From the human T2T-CHM13v2.0 reference genome, Homo sapiens: a DNA stretch of 64,000 bases. Both the position numbers and the translations under genes were made by a program. Every line of letters starts with the position of its first letter. The first letter of the stretch is position 1. Below, in pieces: positions 25,101-39,172 of this stretch. The notes under the pieces are model-generated. The model did no database searches. It was not told the DNA's origin and worked only from the letters and a program-made list of their open reading frames with translations. The stretch lies in NCBI RefSeq assembly GCF_009914755.1, contig NC_060935.1; one strand, written 5' to 3'.

Positions 25101-26425
25101 GCCCCCAGTGACATCATTTGAAATATCCTAGGGAGATGTTACTCGTAATGTCACAGGGGTTGTACACCCTGTTATATTATTGTAATATTCTAGGGGGGTG
25201 TTACTTTTTAAGTCACAGGGGTGTAGACCCTGTGATGTTATTCGTAATATCCTAGGAAGGGGCTACTCCTAATATCACATGGGTTATCCTAGGAAGAGCT
25301 TACTCCTAATATCACACTCCTAATATCACACCCTGTGATAGCATTTGGAATATCCAAAAGGGATGTTACTTTTAATGTCACATGGGGTGTACACCCTTTG
25401 ATAATATTCGTAAGATCCTAGGGACATATGACTTCAGATATCACATTGGGTGTACACACATGGTGTACACATTGTGTGTGAACACCTCCTGTGATATTAT
25501 CCATAATATCCTAGGAAAATGGGACTCCTAATATCACGGTCAGTGGACACCCTGTGATATGATTGGTAATATCCTAAAGAGATGTTACCACTAAGGTCAC
25601 AATGTATGTACGCCCCCTGATATTATTCGTTATATCCTCGGCGGATGTTACTCCTAATGTCACACGGGGTGTACTCCCTGTGATATTATTCGTAATATCC
25701 TAGGGGGATGTTACTTTCAATGTCACCTGGGGCGTATATCATGCGTATTCAACGCCTGTGATACTATTCCTAATATCCTAGGGGCATGTTCCTCCTAATG
25801 TCACATGGGGTGAACCCCATATGTGTACACCTGCTGTGATATTATTCGTAATATCCTAGGGGAATATTCTCCTGATGGCACAGGAGATGTACACCATGTG
25901 TGTCAACCACCTGTGTCATTATTCGTAATATCCTAGGGGGATGTTTCCTTGAATGGCACAAAGTGTGCGCAAAAGGTCACAGAAGGTGTGCACCTTGTGA
26001 TGTTATCTGCAATACCCTAGAAGGATGTTACTCCTAATATGTCACAGGGGTGTACACACTTTGATATTATTTGTAATCTCATAGAGAGATATGACTTCAA
26101 ATATCACAGTGGATGTTCACACATAGTGTATACCCTGTGATATTATTCATAATATCCTAGGGAGTTGCAACTCCTGATATCACAGTGCGTGTACCCAGTG
26201 TGTGTACACCCTTGATATGAGTCGTGATATCCAGGGTAAATATGACTCCTCATATCACACAGTGTGCACACCCTGTGATATTTTTCATCATACTTATAGG
26301 GAGATATTGCTTCTAATATCACAGTGGGTGTACCCCATGTGTGTGTACTCTGTGACAATATATTCTATATCCTAGGGAGGTATTACTCGTAATGTCACAG
26401 TGGGTGTTCACCCTGTGATATCATT
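22130..26425. repeat. SATR1/SATR2-type satellite block (right)
   Basis: Same unit family as 15193-17700; shorter, AT-richer units after ~23330. Confidence 0.88.
22913..23310. repeat. Homogeneous CpG-rich 78-bp tandem repeat (~5 units) inside the satellite
   Basis: ggagaggYgggtgctattagt... units start at 22913, 22991, 23069, 23147 and 23226. Confidence 0.92.
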
Positions 26426-26429
26426 CTTA

Positions 26430-27465
26430 TTTGACCTCGCTGCCTTTTTGAACCCACCCTACAAAAGGAATGGAACAGATAAGAAGATATTGAGATTAGA
26501 CTGTGCTGCCGTGCGGCCGCCGCAGGACACTTTTAATATCCCTGTTTCTCAGGCTGTACATGAAGGGGTTCAGCATGGAGGTGACCACCGTGTACATCAC
26601 TGAGGCCACTGCACTCTTTCTTGGGGAAGATGACACATCTGAACCAAGGTACCCTCCAACACCTGTTCCACAAAATCAGCAAACAACTGGCAGGTGAGAC
26701 CCACAGGTGGAGAAGGTTTATACTTCCCACCTGATGATGAAACCCTCAGAATGGAGGAAACAATTTTACAGTAAGAGAAAAGGTCCCCAAGATGGGAAGA
26801 AAACCAAATACGGCAGCAGGGAAATACAGGTTGATGTTCCTGGTGAAGGTGTCACAACATGCAAGATGGGGGAGTTGAGAAGGTTCCCAGAAGAAATTAG
26901 GAATTCCACATCCTTGAAGCCGGTCATTTGTAAGGCAATCAAGTTGTGCAGCTGGGAGTCTAAAAGACTGAGAAAAACAAAACAAAACAAAACGAAGACA
27001 ACAAATCTAGGAAGCCACAGAAACATGGGTTCAAGATGGCTGAACGATATAGAGGGTGACAGATGGCTACAAACCGGCCATAGGCCATCACACTCAGGAG
27101 CATGTCTCTCTTCCATGCCTCCAAAAATGGCAAAGAGAGACATCTGAGTCAGGCAGCCTGCATAGGAGATGACTCTGCTGTGAGACTGGATGTCCACAAT
27201 CATCTTGGGGACCGTGGTGGAGGTGAAACCGATGTCAGGCAAGGGCAGGTTGGAAAGGATGAAGTACATGGGGGTGTGGAGGTGGGAGTCAGGGCTGACG
27301 GCCAGGATGATGAGCAGGTTCCCCAGCACTGTGACCAGGCACATGGACAGGAACAGCCCAGCGACGACCGGCTGCAGTTCTGGATCCTCTGAGAGTTTGA
27401 GGAGGAGGAATATAGAGACATCTGTTAGACTATGTGGATCTGTATAGTTTGGACACCTTTTGCCT
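26430..27465 (-). pseudogene. Olfactory receptor pseudogene, OR7E subfamily (copy 2, frameshifted)
   Basis: [36 protein letters not shown]; frameshift near 27105; (AAAAC)n insertion at ~26972-27003; 3' end abuts satellite. Confidence 0.93.
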
Positions 27466-28135
27466 GGAAAAGAGGGTTGAAAAATCAGAAACAAGTAAAC
27501 CAATACCCAGCATTGTGTCTGCATTTTGGATATAAGCAATTCACAAGTAATGTTTTCAGATTTCAGAGCAATCCACACTCAGCAATATTTTGTAGTTCTG
27601 ACAAGCTCAATTGCCTTTTAATGCTTTCAACATCGATTGCTGTGTTATTCACGTCTTGCTGTACACACTTGCCTTAGAGACACTAGCTTCAAGAACGTTC
27701 CAAGAACCAGCTCATCATATAACAAATTCGTAATTGCTAGGAAATACAGCCTATCTTTTCCGAAGAACAAGATGTAATAAAACCATTGTCTTCACTTTAA
27801 GAAAAAGGTTATCCTAATTAAAGGAAATTAAGAACTCAAATATTTTATTTATTCTACTAGATGGATACAAATTCCCTTGATTTAGAACATTTGTAAACAC
27901 TGTATAACAGCTGAGACCATGCCATCTGGAAATGAAATGAAAGTTGATAGTTCCTAAGAAGAAAATAGTTCCACATGCCAGTTAGGTCCTAGTGATTTCA
28001 TCATTGTGTTTTCGGACTTTTCTCCTTCGAGAGAGTAATTGCTTACTCAAATCGGTGGGTCTTGTTTTAAAATTCATGGAAGCTCTAACTCCTGTCCTTA
28101 GCTTAGGTGGACTTAGAGTTTTCATCAGAAAGTTT

Positions 28136-28430
<295 letters not shown>

Positions 28431-28902
28431 AATCAAGTAAGTCAAAGTCACGCTGATGACAGCCAATTTTGATGAAGCAAGGAAGGGTCAATTCAACCAT
28501 TAACATAGATTTTGACTTTTGCTGTCTCCTATGTGCCAAGAAAGATATAGGCTCTGGGGAATCAGAAACCAAAGAGACTCACTTGTTCCTCTCACAGTAC
28601 TCAGCACTTACTGATAGAAGGACAAAACAAAATGTCCTGTCTGGAATGCAGGGAAACCAGAACTTCAGGTCAGGGGATATTTCCGTTGAATTGTGTGGAG
28701 TTGAAGCTGAAAATCTTAAGGAATGTATCAAAAATTCCCTTTGCCTTTAATTTATGCATCCGTCACCTAGAGATCACGCAGCGGGCGCCCACGATCAGCT
28801 TAATCATCACTCACTTCCATCGGATGAACTGGAAATCAAGTCAGATGAGAGTGCTGAGTCTCAGAGGATGGACATTTCACCCCTTGCCATACAGAGAAGT
28901 AG

Positions 28903-29302
<400 letters not shown>

Positions 29303-30237
29303 TTCCAAAAGTTTTAAGCAGAGCTCAGAGATCTTAACCACGGGCACATTGGAGGAGCATTTTTGAAACGCTTTCCAGCTTCCTCAATAGGAATGGAAAC
29401 CAAACTCCGAATTGATGACTCCTTTGAGGAAGCCGAGAGCTGTAAGGAAAACCAGGAACAGGGGCAAGGGAGAGATGCATCCCGAATGATGCTGTGCCAA
29501 TTCTTTCTGGAATCCTCGATGTGATCTCAGCTGCCCTTTCCATACTTGACACAGTGATTGTGGCACCAACTGGTCTAGCTGTGGTCTACAAGGAACCCCC
29601 AAAGGGAAGGGCACAGTGAGCAGGGGCATCCGCCTGAGTGACGAGGATTTGAGAGGGCAGGTTGGTTGCAGGGAGAGGACTGGCCAAATGCCATGTGTCT
29701 GGACTTAGGCTGCCTGGTTCAAATTGGACTTCACCCTTTTTGACTTCACGATCGAGTACGAGTTATATGAAAAGACGTTGCTCCTTTTCTAGTCTGTAAA
29801 ATCATCCTGAAATGTGCACTAATAAGGTGGAGACTACACAGATGAAATGAAACAAGCTGCATAGAGCACAGAGCTCAGAGCCTGGCCTTTAGGAAACACT
29901 CAGTAAGGGTTCATGATGCCATGGTGTCTGTCGTCATCCTCTTTATCCTCATCATCACCTTCATAATCTTTTTGTTGTTCTTAGGGAATAGTTTAGAGGG
30001 ACTGATTCCCTGCTATCATGGGTGAGATGTCTATGAAAAGGACAACCAGTGGGGGAGGAAAGCAAAATTTTGAATAAGATTTCTGAGACCCCCAGCACAA
30101 CCAAGAACAGAAACTGCACAGTCTGCTGAGCGGACAGTTTGCACATAGGTCTCCTCCCATCTGCCCACCACACTCTCCTATTTGTCCTGAGGAGGAGGAA
30201 ACCAAACAAGGCTCCCGACCGTCCCTCAACACTCACT

Positions 30238-31253
30238 TGAAGGGGTGGCCTGGCCCTCCACACCTGTGGGTATTTCTAGTCGGGTGGGATGGGAGACTGA
30301 GGAAAGAAATAAGACACAGAGACAAAGTATAGAGAAACGACAGTGAGCCCAGGGGACCGGCGTTCAGCATACCAAGGATCTGCACCGGCACCGGCCTCTG
30401 AGTTCCCTCAGTTTTTATTGATTATTATTTTTATTATTTTAGCAAAAAGGAATGTAGTAGGAGGGCAGGGTGATAATAAGGAGAAGGTCAGCAACGAACA
30501 TGTGAGCAATAGAATCTATGTCATAATGAAGTTCAAGGGAAGGTACTATGACTGGACGTGTCTCTAAGCCAGATTGATGTTTCTCTCCACCCAAACATCT
30601 CAGTGGAGTAAAGAATAACAAGGCAGCATTGCTGCAAACATGTCTCGCCTCCCATCATAGGGCGGTTTTTCCCCCATCTCAGAATTGAACAAATGTATAA
30701 TCGGGTTTTATACCGAGACATTCAGTTCCCAGGGGCAGGCAGGAGACAGCGGCCTTCCTCTCTCTCAACTGCAAGAGGCTTTCCTCTTTGACTAATCCAC
30801 CTCAGCACAGACCCTTTACGGGTGTCAGGCTCGTGGACGGTCAGGTCTCTCTCCTCCCACGAGGCCACTTTTCAGACTATCACATGGGGAGAAACCTTGG
30901 ACAATACGCCGCTTTCAAGGGCAGAGCTCCCTGAGGCTTTCCACAGTGTATTGTGCCCCTGGTTTATTGAGACTAGAGAATGGCGATGACTTTTACCAAG
31001 TATACTGCTTGGAAACATCTTGTTAACAAGGCACGTCCTGCACAGCCCTAGATCCCTTAAACCTTGATTTCATACAACACATGTTTTTGTGAGCTTCAGG
31101 TTGGGTCGAAGTGTCTGGGGCAAAACTACACATTAACAACATCTCAGCAAAACAATTGTTGAAAGTACAGGTCTTTCTCAAAATGGAGTCTGTTATGTCT
31201 TTCCTTTCTACATAGACACAGTAACAGTCTGATCTCTCTTTCTTTTCCCTACA
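30238..31253 (-). mobile_element. HERV-K(HML-2) solo LTR, LTR5A-like (duplicate of the 7392-8404 insertion)
   Basis: Same termini and the same TSD ctcact at 30232-30237 and 31254-31259. Confidence 0.92.
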
Positions 31254-32014
31254 CTCACTGAACTGCCCTTCCCCTCTGCTGGGCCATGACCACAGAGAAC
31301 AGGTCCACTGTCCTCCCTGCATGGTGCACGATGGATGCTCAGACTCCATCCTCATGGCTGGCAAGAAGACAGAGTGAGACATGAGCCTCCTGATACAGGT
31401 GATGTCTCTGGAGCCCACAGGACTGCAACCTCACACTGCAGGGCTGGAGGCACAGACTGAGTATTTACTGTTCTGTGGCCTGCGGGCTCAAGGCACAGAG
31501 CTCCTCATTAGCCAAAGTCACCCAAGTTCCCCAACCTCTAAGGATTTCCTCATCATCATGTAAGAAGAAGAAGAGAAAATGATTGTCCATAGAAGCTTTG
31601 AGGCTCTTCTTCTAATCAGGAGAAAGCTGGTGTGTATTATTCGCTTCTTTCTTTTCTTTTTAAAGATCCGACTGCTTTAATTTTCATCTTTTATTATGGG
31701 AAAATATACCACGTATAAATATTAAAAATTATAAATATATATTAGTTCATATAGAATAGCCAGTATAAACATTTACAATTTCCACCCTTTTTCAGTTTAC
31801 AGTTTCATGACATTAAGTACGTTCACATTGTTTAGCAACCATCACCGTCATCATCTCCGGAACAGTTTTATTTTTCAAAATGGAAATTGCACCCATTCAC
31901 CAAGCTCTCCACTCCTCTCTCTCGCCCACCCCTGGGGGCCACCTTTCTGGTTTGCAACTCTAGGAGTCTAACTACTCTAGACACTTGATAGATAAGTGGA
32001 ATCATACCGTGTTT

Positions 32015-32310
32015 AATTTTTTTTTTTTAGATACAGAGTCTTTCTCTGTCGCCCAGGCTGGAGTGCAGTGGCATGATTTCGGCTCACTGCAACCTCCACA
32101 TCGGGGTTCAAGCAATTCTTATGTGTCAGTCTCCTGAGTAGCTGGGATTGCAGACGTGCGCTATCACGCCCAGCTAATTTTTGTATTTTTAATAGAGATG
32201 AGCTTTCACCATATTGGCCAGGCTGGTCTCGAACTCCTGAGCTTAAGTGATCCGCCTGCCTCAGCCTCCGCAAATGCTGGGGTTACAGGTGCGAGCCACT
32301 GAGCCTGGGC
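32015..32310 (-). mobile_element. Alu (paralogue of 9170-9449)
   Basis: Antisense Alu at the same position in the duplicated block. Confidence 0.9.
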
Positions 32311-32328
32311 ATGTTTATCCTTTTTTGA

Positions 32329-32732
<404 letters not shown>

Positions 32733-32796
32733 AAGGATGTGTATATTTTCTATAGACTTTTGATGATAATACTTTGACAGCAAGTATATTGTGACT

Positions 32797-32806
32797 ATCT
32801 ATATAT

Positions 32807-32891
<85 letters not shown>

Positions 32892-32921
32892 TGAGAGGGA
32901 GAGAGCAAGAAAGAGAGAGAG
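32797..32921. repeat. (TA)n(GA)n compound microsatellite at an Alu tail
   Basis: Directly visible. Confidence 0.95.
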
Positions 32922-33190
32922 TCTCCCTTTTTCACCCAAACTGGAGTGCAGTGGCACAATCATAGCGTGCTGCGGCCTTAAATTTCTGGGCTCAAACAAT
33001 CCTGTCACCTCAGCCTCCTGAGTAGCTGGGACTACAGGCATGTACTACCATGCCCAGCTAACTTTTTATTATTTTTTTTTGTAGAGATGAGGTCTGACTG
33101 TTTTGCCCGGGCTGGTCTTAAACTCCTGGCTAAAAGTGATCCTCCTGCCTTGGCCTCCCCAAGTGCTGGGATTACAGGTGTGAGCCATTG
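32920..33190 (-). mobile_element. Alu (AluJ-like)
   Basis: Antisense Alu body. Confidence 0.85.
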
Positions 33191-33605
33191 CAACTGGTGT
33201 GAAGCTGGGATTGCAGGTGTGAGACATGGCATCTGGTGTGAATATCGCCTGGTAAATACCTTGTACTTTCACTTTCATTAAGATGTCTTTCAACCTCATG
33301 AAATTATCTGAAAAACAGGGATGAAACACTGTTCTGCTCCATCTTCCCTGCAGGCACTTGGGCCCCATCCTGCTCTCTTGCCCCCCTCTTCTAGTGAATG
33401 GCCAGATAGGAACTATTGCAGGTTTATGGGCCATGTGGCCTCTGTTGCAAATATAACAGCTCTGCTGTTGTAGTGCAAAAGCAACCACAGCCCATATGGA
33501 AACCATCTTTCCTGCATGGCCTCTGTAATCTTTTAGAAATACCCGTTGGGTCACACCACTGCCTGACTTAAAACGTATAGATGACCTCTTCTGTCTCCTA
33601 AGCTA

Positions 33606-33993
33606 TTAGGTTGGTGCAAAAGTAATTGCTGTTTCCATTAAAAGTAATGGCAGAAATTGGCTGGGCATGGTGGCTCACACCTGTAATTCCAGCAGTTTGG
33701 GAGACTGAGGCAGGTGGATCACTTGAGGTCAGCAGTTTGAGATCAACCTGGGCAACATGGTGAAACCCCATCTCTAGTAAAAATACAAGAATTAAAATTA
33801 GCTGGGGGTGGTGGCATGTGCCTGTAGTCCCAGCTACTTGGGGGGATGAGGCAGGAAATTGGCTTGAACCTGGGAGGCGGAGGTTGCAGTGATGAAGATC
33901 ACACCTCTGCACTCCAACCTGGGTGACCGAGACAGACTCTGATAAAAAAAAAAAGTAATGGCGGAAATCACAATTACTTTTGCACCAACCTAA
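33606..33993. mobile_element. MADE1 (Hsmar1-derived MITE) split by an Alu (33659-33950)
   Basis: TA-flanked TIRs ttaggttggtgcaaaagtaattg / caattacttttgcaccaacctaa; Alu TSD aaaagtaatggcRgaaat at 33640 and 33951. Confidence 0.9.
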
Positions 33994-34009
33994 TAAAAGT
34001 CAAGTCCTG

Positions 34010-34460
34010 ACCACAGCCTAGGAAGCCGGCTATGACCTGGCCCTTGTCACCCTCTCCAAGTTCAACTCCCGAGAACTTCCGTTTCCTCTCTGCTCCCCGC
34101 TCCGGCCTCCCATTCCTCACTCGTGTTGCATCAGATGCCTGCGCACCTTGGTGTTTCCGCATGTGCTCTTCTGTTAGCCTGGAAAGTTCTTTCCTCCCTC
34201 TTCATCCAGCACTACTAGATACCTCCCCCTGCCTTAGCCTAGCCAGGTCCCCTGTCATTTAGTCTCAGAGTATCTTGAATGTCTTCTTCACAGCCCAACT
34301 TACAATCCTCACTCACTCGCTGAGTGGGTGCCATCCTTTCTCTCCACCTAGAATGCAAGCTTCCTGAGGGCAGGGGCTGGAACCATCTTGTTCTTTGCCA
34401 AATCCCCAGTGCCATCTCTGGCACAAAGTGGGCATTATGAAAATATTTGCTGAGTGCATA
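34010..34460. mobile_element. Ancient L2-like fragment
   Basis: Motifs ctagaatgcaagcttcctgagggcagg and aaatatttgctgagtg typical of the L2 3' end. Confidence 0.55.
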
Positions 34461-35937
34461 AAAGGAGGGAATCATGGATTTGAGCCCTCGGCTTGGTGCC
34501 CTGGGGATGTGGCTCCATAAAATCAGTTCCCATTTTTCTCTCTCCTCTTCTCCTGGGAGGTGGGTGTCTGGGTTCTCCTGCCAGGAGAGCTTCTCTCTCA
34601 AAAGACTGCAGGTGCCTCTTGGCCTAGGCCTGCCTCCTGCTAAGTGAGACTCTTTAGGGCTAGTCTGCATCGACTCTGCTGAGATGCAGCCACCAGATGG
34701 GTAACGTGCGCAACCCTTGGAAGGTCCCTGGGAACGAGGCTTCCGAGTCATCTGGATCAACTAGTTTGAAGTTACAAACTCACCAGATGTTGGTCAGCTG
34801 GAATCTTAGTGATGAGCTGCTCCGACCCCTCCTGTTGTAGTCAAGTCACTTGTGCAAAGCCACCACTTGGCTGGGACCCCAAGCTCAGGCCTGGACTCTC
34901 TCCTTGGTCCCAGGCTTTACACTAAGGGAATGTCAACTGTTCTGTAGAATCACTTGGACTACTTTATACTTTTGTGTCTCCTTTTCCTATTCTGTATTCT
35001 GGAAAAACAAACTTTTCCTTGTGATTGAACAGAATCTTCACACTGTGTTGTTGCTGGCATTGTTCTAAATTTAGCCTCGGTTCATCCCCAGCTGGAGTGA
35101 ATGACTTTAATTTGATCAGCTGCTGTATGTGCTTGGGAGCCTCCGAAGGGCGACCTGTGGCCTTTAAGGCCCCTTTCCACCCTTAGATCCTGACCTGGGG
35201 CAAACACACACTCCAGCTCGTTCATGTCCAGATAAGACACCCAGAGGCCATGGCGAGGGTTCCCTCTGTAGGGGCTCTATTGCTGTTGAGAGGATCAAGG
35301 CAGCAGTCAGGGCCTGAGGGTTGTCCAGAAGAAAGCACAAAGCATACCGAGCGCTGGTCTGACAGCACTTAGGAGTGTGACAGAAACCTTCTGTCATGGG
35401 ACCAGAGATTGGAGACCGTGGGAACACATCCGAACCCACATCTCCGTGACAAGGTGGTGCTGATTTCCAGTGGTCCTCCCTGGTGGGGGAATCACGTAGC
35501 TCTGACTCTGGAGCGTGTTGTTGTGTTTCTCTTTCAGTATGAGCTTGTCTGTGGCCCTAGAGTTCCTCCCTTATGAAATAATGATGCCTCCCAACACAGG
35601 ATATCCCAGGCTGCAAGCCTGTCCCTTCTGCCCAGCTTCCTTACCCCTGTGCCCCCAAAGCCCACAGCAGGGCCTGCCAGAGGCTGATGACATATCTGTC
35701 ACTGTCCCAAGGGGGCAGGGGCAGCGACGGAGTATTAGGCCACAAAAGGCATGCCTGCAGGCACATATGAGGGAAACACCCAAAGCCAGACGTCAATGAA
35801 ACAGTAATTCGGTGGAATAGGAGAGGTCATATTCTCATGCAAGACTGTCTAAATACATAAGTCTCCTTGGGCACAATCTGCCAGGGGACAATGGTTCATG
35901 CCGAGACAGCTATTACACCCCCTTGCTAAGAACTTCC

Positions 35938-36633
35938 AACACACACTTACACACACACATACACACGCACATATACAAGCACACACACATGCATACGCAC
36001 ATGCACCCACACACACACATGCAAGCACATACAGATACACACGCACAAACACACATACAGATACACATACATATAGGCACAGACATGCACACACACAGAT
36101 ACACACACATGCACACAGATACACACATGCACACAAACACACGAAGGCACAGACACATGCACACAAATGCACATGCATACAGACACATGCACACACAGGC
36201 AACACACACGCACACACATACATACACACAGGCACACACAGATATACATATGCACACGGAGACACGCATGCATGCACACGTATGCACACAGACACACATA
36301 TGCACACACATGCACACACACAGATACACATGCATGCACATACAGGCATACACATGCAAACACATGCACACAGATATGCATGTACACACATGTACACACA
36401 TGCACACCCATACACATGCACAGAAAAACACGTACACACACATGCACACACATGCACACAGACACATGCACAGATACAGACACACATGCACACACAGAAG
36501 CACACACATGCACATGCACACTCGCACACATGCGCACACACATGCACACATGCACACACATGCACACACATGCACACTTGCACACGTGCTCACACGCATA
36601 CACACGCACACACATGCACACATACACACACAC
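35938..36633. repeat. ~700-bp degenerate (CA)n/(CATG) simple repeat
   Basis: Directly visible alternating purine-pyrimidine tract. Confidence 0.95.
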
Positions 36634-38094
36634 CACTCCTTTTCCATTTCTCTAATTTCCAATTTTTTTCTATGAGCTTCCTCAGACTCATGATCTTGAT
36701 TCTAGAATGAATTCAGGGAGTAAGTGTGTATTATTGAAATAACAGTAAATTCAAACATGCCTAAGAACCTTTTTGAATGTTGGGGAAACCACCTCACAGA
36801 TCATTCAAATGACCCGAGCAGACACTTCACCAGGGACCCTTGGACATCTCCCTGTCCCTTCTGCCAACCTCTGTGCTTTAATATCAGGGGACAAACCTCT
36901 CGATTTTGGTTTCTCATCTCTGTGTCCCCATGTACACTGGACTGCACTACTGTGTCAAAGCTACTTGCAGCCTGACCTGGCAAATGTACTTTTGGATTCA
37001 CTCGATTTGCCACCTATTTGGGTGGTTTGGGCTGGAAATTGCCCTGCTCACACTCTTGGCTCCCAGCTGCTCCTGCTTTGGGGGTGCCTAGAGACCCCAG
37101 CTCATCCCGTGGGTCATATCCCCACAGTGGGGCCGGGGATGTGACTGAGAGTTGTCTGGGCACCTCTCTCCAGCAGCATTGAGGATGGCGCTCAGCACTG
37201 TGTGACGTTGGCTGGTGGCCACTGCCTGTTTAGGTCGAAATGGCCCAGCCTGATGTCCGCATGCACCTCTGCGGCACACTGGCCTGCAGACCCCCGAGCA
37301 TATGCTGCATGCTTCTCACCTCTAGAGTGGCCACCCAGACAGCGATACAGACATACCAAGAAAACCCACAGGCAAGCCCAGAGGTGCCCGTTCTACTAGG
37401 GCCTTGTGAGCCTCTGTGATTTGAGTCATGAGCTTCTTGTGGTGATTTCACTTAGCTAACATCCAACACATTGCATTTAGAGGCTCTTTCTCTTGGACAT
37501 TATATGGAGGCGTGGCCATGGTTTGCTGAGATAAATGTCCCAAAACACCCCTCAATAAAACCAAATAACAGCTCATCAACCCCTTACATTTAAAAAAAAA
37601 TTGACATCTTATAAATAGCAAATATTGGATGACAATAAGGCACAGGAAAAAGCTCATAAGCCCAGAACAGCAGTCATCATTCAATTGTTCCTTAACTACT
37701 GACTGTGCACCTGTTCAGTACCAGCACCGCATCCTAGATACAGGGATACCACACGAAATAAGATGACAAAGCACCTGCCCCTGTGGAGCTGAGCCACTAG
37801 CAGGAGAGACAGTCACTAAATGAATATCTCTATCCTGTGGTTTCTGGGAATGACAGTCACATAAAAGGATAGAAAGGGATGGAGGAAAGCTAATTTAGAC
37901 AACTCAGGATCAGAATCGGGAGGTGGTTGCATCCCTCAAAATTCAGAGTAGCTGGAGTGCAAGCCTTGTATTAGCTGAGCCTGAATCCTGGCCCTGCCGT
38001 TGTCCATGGTGTCCTCAGGCAAATGGCTCAACTTCTCTGACCACCGGCTTCAAGTGCAGAACAGGGGACCAGAGTCCCATCTCTCAGGGTTGTT

Positions 38095-38420
38095 GCTGTG
38101 GACTGAATTGTGTTCCCTCCATTTCACTCATTAGGAGCTAATTAACGTTAAAGGAGGTCATAAGAGTGGAATCCTAATCTGATAGGATTGGTGGATTTAT
38201 AAAAAGAAGAGATGTCTCTGTCTCTCTCCCTCTCTGCCATGTGAGGACAAGCAAGAAGGCTGCTGTCTGCCAGCCAGGAAGACAGCCCTTACCAGAAAGG
38301 GATTGGTGGATACTTTGATCACGAACTTCTGGCCTCCAGATCAGTGAGAGAAAATCAATGTCTGTTATTTAGGCCATCCGGTCTCGGGTACTTTGTTATG
38401 GCAGCTAGGCTGGCTGAGGC
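38095..38420 (+). mobile_element. MaLR LTR (MLT1-like)
   Basis: tgtggactgaattgtg...gccatgtgaggaca...ggcctccaga...ggtactttgttatggcagc. Confidence 0.65.
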
Positions 38421-38810
38421 AGTTGTTGAGAGGAACCGACAAGGTAGTTGGGGTAAAGCACACAGCACGGCCACAGCTCACTGAGCACAATGTCAGTGTC
38501 ATTTCCCTTCAATTGTTATTCTCTGTCTGGAGGATTTTCATGATGGCTTTTCTCCAAGAAGCTCCCTGGGGTCTTTGTAAATATGGGGATATTTCTGACA
38601 AGAAAAATCCTTACGGTTCTTAACATTGACAATGACCAGGAACAGCAAGACATGAAAATGAGAAGGTGGCTAGAAAAGAGAGGACCCACAGAAGAAACCA
38701 ACAACCACACAACACACACACACACAGGAGGAATCCTAATGCAGGAGGAGAATAGAACATCAGGGGACCCCGAGACTGAACTCTGCATCTCATGTATTGA
38801 GATCATTCCC

Positions 38811-39172
38811 TGATACGGTTTGGCTGTGTCCCCACCCAAATTTCATCTTGAATTGTAGCTCTCCTAATCCACATGTGTCATGGGAGGGACGTGGTGGGAG
38901 GTAATTGAATCATTGGGTGGGTCTTTCCCATGCTGTTCTCATGATAGTGAATATGTCTCATGAAATCTGATGGTTTTATAAAGGGGAGTTCCCCTGCACA
39001 AGCTCTCTTGCCTGCTACCAAGTAAGACGTGACTTTGCTCCTCATTCACCTTCCACCGAGATTGTGAGGCCTCCTTAACCATGTGGAACTGGAGTCCATT
39101 AAACCTCTTTCCTTTATAAATTACCCAGCCTCAGGTATGTCTTTATTAGTAGCATGAGAATGGACAAATATA
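38811..39172 (+). mobile_element. THE1 (MaLR) solo LTR
   Basis: tgatacggtttggctgtgtccccacccaaat...gaatggacaaatata; 5-bp TSD ttccc at 38806 and 39173. Confidence 0.88.

Noticed and set aside
15193-26425. CRISPR-like array (palindromic repeats next to an RT/integrase)
   Set aside because: Units are contiguous degenerate tandem copies with no unique spacers and no cas genes; the RT/IN is a dead endogenous retrovirus in primate DNA.
26766-27578. 270-aa ORF as an intact olfactory receptor
   Set aside because: Shifts out of frame before the MAYDR motif; the remaining TM segments lie in other frames.
35849-36710. Long His/Thr- and Cys/Val-rich ORFs (up to 270 aa)
   Set aside because: Translations of a (CA)n simple repeat that lacks stop codons.
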